From Hydrolagus affinis (Eukaryota), in NCBI GenBank assembly GCA_012026655.1, contig JAAILG010000069.1, positions 62,001 through 126,000 of the forward strand: a stretch of DNA of 64,000 nucleotides, in the 5' to 3' direction. The translations under genes were made by a program, and so were the position numbers. Numbering within the stretch: position 1 is the stretch's first letter; each line of letters opens with the position of its first letter. Positions 53,460-64,000 of this stretch are shown piece after piece. Below the pieces are notes generated by a model that did no database searches, had not been told where the DNA came from, and saw only the letters and a program-made list of their open reading frames with translations.

Positions 53460-54487
53460 ATTTATCTTTCTTTTCCATGTCTTTTATTCATATCTCCAAA
53501 TACCTCTCTATTTCCCTTTTAAATACCTCAATTGACTCTATACCTATTGCCTTACGGGAGAGTCATCTGTTCCAATCTGGCTTTGATCTTTATTTGAAGT
53601 CAAAATCCAGTGCTTTTCATCACTCACTCTTTGAACTGCTCTCAAAGGCCTATGCCCAGAATCTGATATTACGGATATAAAAATGTTAAGGCTCTCTTTG
53701 TGTCATCTCAAACCCTCCTCCCTGCATAGGGCATGTAAACAGACCCTGTAAAGGTGAAAGGGTTAAATATGTTTTCCCAGGATTCTTTCACATAAATCTA
53801 ATTTCTCCTTCTGGCTCATCTATATTTATTTAGTTTTGTCAACACTCAGGGTTTTTGCGTTGTGTGTATTGATCAATTTAATGGAATGTATCTGATCCTG
53901 AGAGGGAGTAACATGCGGCTGCTTCCTCCGTTTTCAGTAAGCAAATCAATGAGTCGAACCCGGAAAAAAAAAATTGTGAGAAACTGATTTAAAAATATTA
54001 TTCAGTCACCGTGTTAAATATGAGAAGGTTGATCAATTTCCACTTCACATTTTTAGCATCAGCAGTCAATGGCTGTTACACTCAGCATCAGAACAGGTCC
54101 TCGGAGAGCGTAACACAAGTCGGGGGTTCAATAATTTAAAGGAAGAAATATCAATCGCTTCTCGCCTTTTTCACCAAACGGAGCAAATTGGAAGAATTGT
54201 CATGAGTCACAACATGTAGTGCAACTCCTTCACTGAATGTCAGCAAGGTTAAACAAGCACATTACAGATGCAGCAAAATGAAATTAAAAGTTTTTTTTAA
54301 AAAAGGAAAATAATTTTATGTCTGTCTAAAAAATAGATTTAGTAGAGATCTTCAAACAGACTCAGAAATAAGTTATTTTTTCAATACATGCGCTTGCCAG
54401 CTTCAACCATAGGAAATGGTCTGCAGTTAGTCAGGTTTTCCACTCAATTCTGGTTTGACTAAAATGTCATTGATATGGAATTACTGT

Positions 54488-54553
54488 AACAACAACAACA
54501 ATTTGCAGTTATACTGCACCCTCCACGCCGGATAGCACCTCAGAGCGCTTACT
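54488..54553 (-). mobile_element. L2 LINE 3' end (type B)
   Basis: ccctccacgccggatagcacctcagagcgctt plus (AAC)n. Confidence 0.75.
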
Positions 54554-54915
54554 GTATATAGTAAGCCTTATTTAAATTTTTCTGTGATATTTTTAAGATG
54601 ATGAAATCTGTTTTATTGCTGCTTATAATCTGTTTTGTTGCTGCTTATCCATTATAATATTCACAAAGTGCTACTGTATAATATTTTGTAAAACAAAATC
54701 ATCACTGAATAGCGATGTTAGCAATAGTTGTGAGGGTTATCTTGATTCTGGTTGCTGTCATATTGACTGGAGATTTCATCTGTTCTATATAAATAAGCTC
54801 ATTTCTGACATGTAAACGTTTAGTTTGCACTTGCAGTTCTGACAAAAGCGAATGCTGCTATCAGAATAATGAACACACTGAACCGATTAGGATGTTTCAA
54901 AGGAAAATAGTTAGA

Positions 54916-55010
54916 TACAGTAGAGCCCTGTTATAACATAAGGGTTGGGATCCATAAAATCCCAACACATGGGACAATGGGATCCACACTGCAACCGCAA
55001 GATAACCAAT
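54916..55010 (+). mobile_element. Possible Tc1/mariner (Tigger/pogo-like) MITE left end
   Basis: TA+cagtagagccctgttataac...agggttgggatccataaaat resembles Tigger-type TIRs; no right TIR found. Confidence 0.4.
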
Positions 55011-55061
55011 TCCATACTATATAAAAGGATTTTATGAAGGGGTTGCACTGAACTTGGAAAC

Positions 55062-55168
55062 TATTAGAAAAAGGATTAAGGGATATGTAGAAAAGACCCG
55101 CAAATTATATTAAAAGCTCCAACGATCTAATATAACATGGTGGAAGAGACTCAGTGGGCTGAATGACA
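55062..55168 (+). mobile_element. Old CR1 3' end
   Basis: aaggattaagggatatg...gatctaat...gactcagtgggctgaatgac. Confidence 0.55.
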
Positions 55169-55660
55169 TATGAAAGTGATCAATATTAATAATAATCTTT
55201 TGCTATTTATGCTAACTTTCTGAAGGAAAAAAGCTTACTTGACCAGAAATTTCTGAAGATGTCCTAGATGCTGGGAGGAATTCCTGAACCTGATATGGCA
55301 AGCAACAACAGCTGAGATAATGTCATTTAAGTATAGTTTAAGATCATGTTGATTTCCCTTCCTCACACCTTCAAATTAACTCCTCAAAGCTACATTTCCT
55401 GTAGATTCTCTTGGTACTTACATCTTAATAAAGAAATATGGTCTGAAAAAAAGAGGAAAAAAATGTATTATTTTATTCAAACAGAATTCTGTATAACTGA
55501 TTTGTTTTCTAGGGCTATGGCTACTGTTCCTTGCTCGTAATTGTACTTCTGTTTCTGTTTCAATTTGACAGCAGTGAGGTCAATAAAGAAAAAAAAAGGC
55601 AGTGAGGCATCATGAAATCCACCAGTCCGTCAACACAATGGAAATGAAAATTGGACTTAC

Positions 55661-55664
55661 CATA
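55661..55664 (-). other. Candidate 4-nt microexon TATG
   Basis: ctgcctccaacaaatccctttgtatttacag|TATG|gtaagt; upstream UGC; AG-free for about 40 nt upstream. Confidence 0.35.
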
Positions 55665-56108
55665 CTGTAAATACAAAGGGATTTGTTGGAGGCAGTTTGT
55701 AAAAAGCTTACACAAGAAGCTTCTCAGGATTGCAGTGCTGTTGGAATGGATTCACTGGCCCACCAAATCAGTTGCACACCCACTGGCACTGGTCCATTGC
55801 TAAATGCACTGGTTGGCCCAACAGATCATTGTGTTGGGTTTTAAGTCTGGTCCATTGTAGCGTGACTATCGTAGACATCAGGATTTTAAAGTGAGCACAA
55901 TAGAGGGCAACCATATGCTGGAATGAGCAAGTTTGCTTTACAGCCATTCACTGATATTATTATCAGTTTATTGCAATATCACTGTCTTTAAATTGAAAGA
56001 TGACAAAATCAATGTAATTAATGCCTCAGTTACACAACAGGCAGCAGTTAGATTTGGTGCCTGCAGTAAAGAATGCTAGCTGGCTCCACATTTAAATTGC
56101 TTGTTCCG

Positions 56109-56163
56109 CATGCAATGCTGAAATACCCTGGGCCATGCATAAGTAAAGAGATCTGCACATGCA
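56109..56163 (-). promoter_or_regulatory. Cluster of three UGCAUG (RBFOX) motifs
   Basis: catgca at 56109, 56134 and 56158. Confidence 0.4.
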
Positions 56164-56296
56164 AACATATGCTTGTGGAGCTCAGCTAAACAAATGCCCT
56201 AACACCAAGTCATGTCTAATTTCTAGAAATCAGCTATGTTGGTAAAGAGAAAAGAATTAGGGCTTATAAAATATGTGCTTCTCCCATGGATAGCCT

Positions 56297-56613
56297 GGAG
56301 TCCTGTGGAGTCCTGTAACTCACTGGTTAGAGCACTCGCCTTTCAAGTGTGAAATCTGTGTTCGAATCCAGCCAGGTCAGGGTGAAACCTTGGACAAGTT
56401 TCCTTACTCCACACGCCTAATAATAATCAATCCCAAAAAACTTTAATAAATCGGTCATTGCATTCCACGACTATTTGTGGGATGCTGCTGTGCTCAATTG
56501 GCTGCCGATTTTGCCCACAAATATACAGTCAATTAATTGTGCAGTGTATTCTGTGAAGCGCCTAGAGACGTCTAGAAAATGTGAAAAGTGCTATATCAAA
56601 TGCAAGGATTATT
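56297..56613 (+). mobile_element. Full-length SINE with its first 10 nt duplicated
   Basis: ggagtcctgt x2, B-box gttcgaatcc, core and tail. Confidence 0.94.
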
Positions 56614-56784
56614 TTTATAGTCATATTCATCTGATTGTATGTGAGACCTATCAAGGTAAAGAGATGTCTAATTTTTCCCAAGTACTCTGTGGCAGTGGTG
56701 GAGAACTTGCATCCACTATTTGGACGGGAAAGCTTTACACAAAGGGAACAGGTCATCTAAAGAATGTCATGGGCAGCTAATATC

Positions 56785-56840
56785 AATAAATTGCATTTGT
56801 ATAGTGCCTTCCAGGTCGGGAGGACATTCCAAGATGCTGG
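56785..56840 (-). mobile_element. L2 LINE 3' end (type A)
   Basis: atagtgccttccaggtcgggaggacattccaagatgctgg. Confidence 0.7.
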
Positions 56841-57134
56841 ACAGCCAGGGATTTGGACCCTGACTGTTAATCAGTGGTCTTCCAAACGATTCAAGCCTGC
56901 AACACGTGGGCCAGGCACAAATTTGTTTGGAATCTTATAGCTGCAGCTTCCAATCCTCTTAGAAAGAGGGCAGATTAACAGAACGGAAAGAGACAGAAGT
57001 TTACGTCATGCTGGCTGAGAATACTGTAATTTACCACACCTGTGCCATAGTAACGCTATGTGCTTGCCGCAGCAAAAGGTTGCCAGCCCAGGTCAACTGA
57101 CATAAGCGGTTCTTTAATGCCCACCTGAACAGGC

Positions 57135-57345
57135 AACCAAGTTTACTGCTTGTAATCACTATCGAGTGATGCTTATGGAAATGTCAGCATGTGTGTAGGG
57201 GCATTTGCTGCAGACAAGCTTATGCCCAGGGACAAGCTTCCTTCATAGTTAAACAACCTGCCAACACTCACCATACAACCTCACACATGAATAATAGCCA
57301 CTTGGGCGAAGCAGCAGAGGGCTCCTCGCAGCTATGGAACCTCAG
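57135..57345 (+). mobile_element. Ancient AmnSINE2-like 3' part
   Basis: cctgccaacactcac...ctcacacatgaataatagccacttgggcga...gagggct...tggaacc matches the recalled AmnSINE2 3' region. Confidence 0.6.
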
Positions 57346-57664
57346 CGTGAGTCATAAGTGTAACAAATATTTCATGAAAAAAATCATTTTACAGCTTTAT
57401 AAGCTGCGCATTCCAGCCTGACCTGTTGTAAATGGTAATTTTATGATCTGCTGGTACTTACGATTCAAGGCCAATATAACAGCCATGGGGGAAGCAAAAA
57501 CATCTCAAAATGGATATATGTATCCAGACAAGACAGGTCTGACTTGAAAACTTTTCACCCAAACACGAAGTTAGTTGCAGGTAAAACCATTAACTGTTTG
57601 TGAATCCAATTGGGCATATTTATTATGAACTTGAATCCTTTGTGACAGTCACAGTTGCAGCTAA

Positions 57665-57750
57665 GATTAACATTTAAAAGAGCATTGAATAATTATTTGA
57701 AGAGGAGCAATATAAAAGAGTCCGTGAGAGAGCAGGGAATTGGAATTAAG
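57665..57750 (+). mobile_element. CR1 ORF2 C-terminal remnant
   Basis: TFKRALNNYLKRSNIK resembles the CR1 FKxxLDxYL motif. Confidence 0.55.
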
Positions 57751-58005
57751 AGTATGTGTGCATATCATAAATGCAACATTTCATTGCAGATTCAATGTGA
57801 TATGCAGAACTCCAGTAGAAGAGTTTACATAAACATCCATTCAATGGATCAAATTGTAAATAAATATGAAATCATGACTGACTTAATTGATGTTAACATT
57901 TTATTTATCTATCCATTTCTATTGATTTCTTGAATATTTAGTTTCTCAAGTACTAATGATATTATGGTAGGGTGTGTGTGTGTGGGGTGGGGATGGGTTG
58001 ACTTT

Positions 58006-58149
58006 GAGTGTCACTGAGGAAGCATCCATGTGAAGGAGCTGAATTAGCATCAGCAGCTAAACAGTCATTAACTCCAATGCCTCAGTGATTGGATTATTTC
58101 AGCTGTATCTGTTAAATCAGCTCCTTCACACTTCTGAACTCAGTCACTC
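58006..58149. repeat. ~145-nt imperfect hairpin
   Basis: tgtgaaggagctgaattagca (58029-58049) vs tgttaaatcagctccttcaca (58110-58130), 19/21 match, extendable both ways. Confidence 0.8.
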
Positions 58150-58788
58150 CTCCCAGCCATTCCCATGATACCATCATCAGCGCTCGCTGCTTTAAACACC
58201 ATCAAGGCAAAAATATATCATATGGAAATATCAGGAAAGAGGCAGGAGAAAAAATGTGTGGTCAATAATAACTCCTAGCAACTGTGCAGCTTTCAAATGG
58301 AGCTCTGGTAATAGTGTGAAATAAATGTTACAAGAAAATAAGAACCGATATTAAGACTACACTAAGTTTGCCCTCAGAAGAGATCTGCTGTATGTCAATA
58401 ACAGCAGGTTTATGTAAATTGTGTTCATATGAACTACACTCTCATCTGATTATGGAAAGTCAAATCAGTTCTCATCAAAGCAGGTCAAGATTTTTGTTAA
58501 CCAGATGCAAATAAGACTATTGCTTTTGTTTAAAGCACTTACGTGTGCTAATCCCATAATGAATCAGTTGAAGCACGCACTCAGAATTGTCTTTAAAGTC
58601 ACAACCCCAGACTAAACTGTTCCGATAAACTCGCAGTTCTTCCATTAATATACACTGAGTAAGCTAAATCTTGGTAATCTACTGGGCAATAAATCTCATT
58701 AATACCCTTTTGTTGGCATCGCAAGACTTTAATACCCTTTTGTGAACGTCATCATACATCAGAGACAGGGAATCTTGCTGACACTTAC

Positions 58789-58805
58789 CTCGACACAAAG
58801 AGCAC
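58789..58805 (-). other. Candidate 17-nt microexon
   Basis: ccttctgttttgtttttag|GTGCTCTTTGTGTCGAG|gtaagtgt; both splice sites near consensus. Confidence 0.45.
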
Positions 58806-59114
58806 CTAAAAACAAAACAGAAGGCCTCACAATAAAATGGTTTCAGCTTTCCTTTTGTGGTACATAATATCATCTGAGCCCTTATTATCCTAAGCAAAAA
58901 GGAGGTTGCAGTCATCAAAGTCAACTTTTATCCGCGTCTTCTAAAAAGTTCAAGATACGAGATTTGAATCATTGCTAAGGCAAAACAAAGATCATTTAAG
59001 CATCGTTACCACCAGTCAATATTGATTCAGGTGTACACTAACCTGCTGACTTGAATTTCCCTTATACAAGCCAACACATTACTTCTCCTACCTATCAACA
59101 CATCCTTCCTACCA

Positions 59115-59156
59115 CCCTTTGGCTCAGATCAAGTGCGGTATCTGTTCTTATCGGTT
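59115..59156 (+). pseudogene. RNU2: U2 snRNA pseudogene fragment (~nt 13-54)
   Basis: ccctttggctcagatcaagtgcggtatctgttcttatcggtt is 37/42 identical to vertebrate U2; branch-recognition GUAGUA changed to GCGGUA. Confidence 0.85.
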
Positions 59157-61048
59157 ACACCTTGGGATATATGTGTGATAGAAACATCTCCTTTTTTGGT
59201 TTTGCCAATCGGCCGGAGAAGATATCTGGTCACCCAACTTGCTCATTCCCTTGAGGAATGCATTCTGCTCAAATTCAGCTTACACGGGGGTGAGTGGGGC
59301 TTCACCATTGCTCATGCATGGATCTAGTCATTAGCCAGCATTTTCTATGAGTAGACCTCCCATTGTTATCCAGCAGCTATTTGTACAACCCATTTTGGAA
59401 TATAGTACTTTCTGTCCATCACTGTACCAGACACCAAATAGTTAAACCTTTCAGATAACTCAAATACCGACTTGAAAGTGGGATGCACAGTGTGGTGAAC
59501 TGTTGAGCTGCTCTCCTGCAGAGTGGATAGCTCCCTACCCCACCTGTAACAACTCTATCAGCCTCTGCTACAGATTTAATGAAGTAGAAAGCAAACGGTG
59601 TGACAGCAGACACCTAATAAAACCCGGTAAAGCAATCTTGACATCTCGATGTGAACGAAACACCAAAGCACCAGCATGGGTTCACAACAAAAAGGGAAAA
59701 TATACAGGTACTGGCTTTCTAAAAAAAAAGCTGAAGCATTTCCAAGATTTTGCCATGTAGGTGACGGGTCGTTACATAAGCGGGTAAAAGCCTGAAGTAC
59801 AGAAGAACAGATTGTTGCAAAGATTATTTTGATTTCTCACAGTTACCGTGAAGTACATGTGGGCAGAATAATACCAGATCAAAATTTTCCAAAGATATAA
59901 AATTCCTGAAGGACTAAATTCTTCAAACTTGTTCAACAGCATGTAACACAACCACCTGCCACCATGTATTATTAACCCTGGACTGTGTACAGTAATTTCA
60001 TCCCATGTCACAAATTGTTGGGTAAGTTTCATTATCATTGGACATACTGTTTATATATCAGTAAAAGTGGTCCGTTGGGACCTTACAGCATTCTACTTGT
60101 TTTTAATGGAAAGGAATTTCATTTAAACACTTGAATGGGGGGACATAGCTTTGTGCCTGTGATTCTCCATATATTGAGCTTCCAGTCTCGATAAGGTCAC
60201 TGGAATGGAGAGGGGAGTGCCTTCTCAACAGGAAAAGAGAAATTGTCAAGTACCTCCCAGTAGCAAGTTACAGAGCAACATTAGCATAAACCTAACACCA
60301 AATGAAATGATTTAAGCATCTTATCTGAAAAGAAAGGTGAATTGTGTCTGGTTCTATAGTGGAGGGCCCCTATTAAAGAAGGTGACATTTTTTTTTAAAA
60401 AGAGAAAATTTAAGTTATGATGTGTCAACTTGCCGGTTGCTTAATATATGTTTGTATACAGTGTCAGAGCACGAGTAATAGTGATATGTTTCCATAGAGC
60501 TCTCAGTAAACAAAGGGTTAACATTTTTTCCCATTTGCGTGATTTTTATTTAATGTTTAAAGCACCTTTTTTAGGTCTGTCAGTGATTTCAGCACATTAT
60601 TAAGCTCAGGGCTCCAGGAGCAAATAAGTGGTGCGAGAAAATGCATTTTAAATTCGGACAACTATATTGTTAAAATAAAAGAAAAAGAATAGTCATGACA
60701 CAAAAGGAAACAACCATCTGTTATGGGTTGTAGTTTTCATACTTTGGTAATGGCACAGGAGAACGAGAGAAGATGGGGGTACTTAGCTCAAATTGTTGTC
60801 ATGCATTGCACCCACCACTATTCCCTACCTGTCCCTGCATTAAGAACATATTCCCTCTGCTCCCAGTTGTTTAGCAATCTGTTCATTTCTTTTTTGAGTG
60901 CTTAAATAAAGCCCATCTTCATTGTGTTAATTCATTGATAGCTTACTGTAAAAGCTAAAAGTTCTTCCCTGTAAAACAATTCCATGAATCATAACCTGCG
61001 TTTGATTTCATTAGTGATTATGGTTCCACTTCCTTCATCCACATTTAG

Positions 61049-61170
61049 AATAATAATCCTAAATCTTGCATTTGGTATAGCACCTTATTAGGTGGCCAAG
61101 ATCTCAAATGTGGAAACACTGTAAAGGACACACTGTAAAGTGGTGTGACTGTATTTTTGTGGCCAAATTG
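61049..61170 (-). mobile_element. Degraded SINE 3' fragment
   Basis: tcttgcatttggtatagcacc...actgtaaagtg...gactgtatttttgtgg. Confidence 0.65.
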
Positions 61171-61184
61171 TTGTAGGCAATTCC

Positions 61185-61283
61185 CTTCACGGTCTTAAAA
61201 ACCTTGGGTCATGTTATTCCCTCTCCTGTCTTCTTTCTCCAAAGAGAACAGATTGAGCCCCCTTTAGCCTCTCTTCATAGCTC
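61185..61283 (-). mobile_element. CR1 ORF2 remnant
   Basis: ccctctcctgtcttctttctccaaagagaac...tagcctctcttcatagct. Confidence 0.55.
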
Positions 61284-62487
61284 ATTGAGTTACAATAGTA
61301 GAATGTGAACATGTTTGAATCAGTCTTACTTAGGGGGAAAAATCTCAAAGAGAAATGACAAGCTCCTTAACACCAAACTAATGCCACCAGGGTTATATGG
61401 AATACCCTGAACTTGGGAGTCTGTGGTGGGGAGCTCAAAGGCAAGAACAGTCACTGAGAGCTATTCGGATTATTTATTATTCCGTGTCACTGGCTTAAAT
61501 AAAACCTCTTTCCTTACTCCTGGCTGCACATAGCTTGTTTTGAGTACAGAGAAAAAAGAGAGATGGTATTTTTTATTATTTGACATATCAAGCATTGATG
61601 TTATTTAGTTTCTTTCTGCCTGACTGGAATGATCCTTCATGAAAATGACAGCTTCAGTAAAGTAGCAGCTACTGTGCTCACACACTGACCACCTTCCCTC
61701 CACCCCCCTCCCTCCCTCCATATATACACAACCCCTTCAAACGAAAGCCTTCCTCCCCAGTAATCTGTACGGCGCACTTCCCCCTCCCCTTTGGACACCT
61801 GCTATACAGTCACAACAAGATTACAGCTCGACTTCAGAGGTTAAGGGGTCAATAGTCATTACCTCAGAGTAACCACCGTGAGGGAAAAACAATATATGTT
61901 TCGCCCTGAACAGCAGATGTGGGAGCTTGCTGCTGGATACTGTGAGAGCAGTCGGCTGGATAAGCCTTGCACTACTGATAGGGCCAGTAATCAAAACACG
62001 GCCTCCGTGTTGACCCTAACAAGGAAGGACTTCAAGTAAAAATAAATTATTTCAAACAGTCTTGCATATTTTCAGTGATGCTGTGTGCCCAGCAGTGCGT
62101 CTGACAGATGTAATGCAGTGCGCGCCCATTGGCTCACATGCATACACAGGGAAAATAATCTCGCTGAAATGAATGACTTCAGAGAAATTGCTGCTGGGTG
62201 GTAATTGCACCCCAATGGATGATCTTAACGGGGACTGAACTTCATCAAGATCCTCGGCAGTTTAATGGAGATTAAAGGCTGTTTGCCATCAGCAGTGTCT
62301 TGCTGTCTTGGGGAGAATGAGAGAAAAAAAGAGAGAGGCTCAATTGAAGCCCCTACAATGCGGAGTAACACAAGCACATTCATGCACTGGAGAACCAGGT
62401 GGCCTCAATGGCCAATGAAGTGAACCACTCCATCACTTTTCATCCGTACATCAGCTCTTCCTTGGTCAGTTCTCTCGAAATCCAGTG

Positions 62488-62546
62488 CAACAACAACAAC
62501 AACAAATGACATTTGTATAGCGACTTTCACCTCAGGAGGACATCCC
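62488..62546 (-). mobile_element. L2 LINE 3' end (type A)
   Basis: (AAC)n...atagcgactttcacctcaggaggacatccca. Confidence 0.75.
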
Positions 62547-63049
62547 AGTGCAGACTATAACCAAATGCTGTTGCTATAATAAGATCTCCTGTTTTGGAAT
62601 CTCCTGTGCAGGGCAGACAACTAATCCTAGCCAGCCGACATTATTTCCTTTACTTCAGACATAACTTTAGCGAAAGAAGAGGGGGAAAGGGATGAATCAA
62701 TTTTGAATATTCAGCTGTGTTTATATTAGAATTACATAAAGGTTTCTCATGCTGTAGAAGCATTTCTACTATGCACCCCCCTCAAAGCAACTTGCAGATA
62801 TTACAGAATATGTCTTACATTTTTGATACTTTATTTGCACTGGTTTGACTCCCACCCCACCCCCTCAGATGTCTCCAACCTAATATTTTTTCTAATGCAA
62901 CTTCCTTGGTTCCCCAAATACTCCATGATCTCAGTTGTGCCTGATTCATGACATTGGAGAAATAAAATGAATGCGTTCAGTTTAACACAACTGAAGTAAA
63001 ACAATAAACGTAGATGAAGTCAAACCCTTACTCTTGTATCTTTTCCAAA

Positions 63050-63135
63050 CATATTTTAAAAAGAGAGTGTGAAAAGTATTTGAAGAGGAACAAAATAAAT
63101 GTGTACAGGGAGGGGAAGAACAGGGAATTGGCTGC
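63050..63135 (+). mobile_element. CR1 ORF2 C-terminal remnant
   Basis: LKRECEKYLKRNKINVY resembles the CR1 ORF2 terminus. Confidence 0.5.
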
Positions 63136-64000
63136 AGCGAACAAACTTGCTCTAAGCATAGGTTCAATGTGTGTTAGGGTGGGGTTAATTATGCTTTGGA
63201 CACAATATGCACCAGTTAGTGTGGCTTCTGATGCCCTGTTGTGCAACTTTGGCATTTGTTAAAATGTGACGTTAGCAATAGTGGAGTGTGTTACAAAGAG
63301 AGCTTTATAATTACAACCACCACTAGACTGGTGATTCTGCAATCATTTACTAACCTTGATAGCCAAGTATATCTTATTCTTTATTGATTTTTCAGTATAT
63401 TTCTCAGCATCACCGGTGAGTTTATCATGTGAAATTCAATTGGACACCAGCATCAACAAAATTGTGAAATTTACTGACCAGTAAATAATCGCCCCTTAGG
63501 TTTCTAATAATGGGGTTTGTTATATAATGTGAATTCCAATAGTATGTTGTAACAATGTACAGCCAATAATACCAGTTTACAGTCATTGAAAAAGTAATGC
63601 TTGTTATAGTTAGATTTGTTACAAGGCAGCATTTGTAATGGGGCTTCTCGTCAGCGAGGTTTGTAAGAACAAAGTTTGCAATAATATAAAACTTGCGGTG
63701 AATTCAATTTCTTATAAAATGACTTTTCTAGAAACCAAAAGCATATCATAAAAAATTGTAACAACATAAACTGATTATGTTAGGTTTGTAATAACAGAAT
63801 TGTTTATGAAGGAGTTTAAATATGTTTTTAGAAGGGAATTTTAAAAAAATTGAATGTATGCATGAAAAGATTGAAATGAAAAAGTAATACACTTTTGATG
63901 AATTCAGAATAAATCTGAACCAGTATTTTACTTCTAGTTGGGAGCAGATCAAATATTTCAAGAATGCATTTAAGTGAATGAGAAACTAAAACGCTGATCT

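Larger units (their letters stand above)
52937..53575 (-). mobile_element. Old CR1 3' end interrupted by a SINE (CR1 parts ~52937-53000 and ~53460-53575)
   Basis: aacataggaacaaaagtag...cattcag on one side; tatttcccttttaaatacctcaattgactc...gttcca on the other. Confidence 0.5.

Noticed and set aside
63385-63421. Plus-strand 8-nt microexon-like signal (ttctcag|catcaccg|gtgagt)
   Set aside because: A competing AG lies just upstream and there is no other support. Kept as a reminder of the chance rate for such signals.
643-63961. Six-frame ORFs of 60-133 aa
   Set aside because: No domain similarity. Recurrent peptides (VAQWLEHSP, KCKDYYYY, HTPNNNPSKK) are SINE translations and the rest are chance ORFs.

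Overview
This is AT-rich vertebrate non-coding DNA with no recognisable protein-coding gene. The repeat content points to a cartilaginous fish, probably a holocephalan such as elephant shark (inference). The six-frame ORFs are chance ORFs or translations of repeats. The window holds about 28 copies or fragments of one ~310-bp tRNA-headed SINE with a Deu-like core and an L2-type tail, about 18 5'-truncated L2 3' ends, about 10 old CR1 remnants, older DeuSINE- and AmnSINE2-like relics, a U2 snRNA fragment and a 100-N assembly gap. The most notable items are: (i) Penelope-type repeats carrying minimal hammerhead-ribozyme motifs, one arranged as a 195-bp head-to-head palindrome; (ii) candidate minus-strand small exons, including a 17-nt plus 4-nt pair and a nearby UGCAUG triplet, suggesting the window lies in the introns of a large minus-strand gene that I could not name; (iii) several long hairpins or palindromes and nested insertions. 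Family names come from recalled consensus sequences, not database searches.
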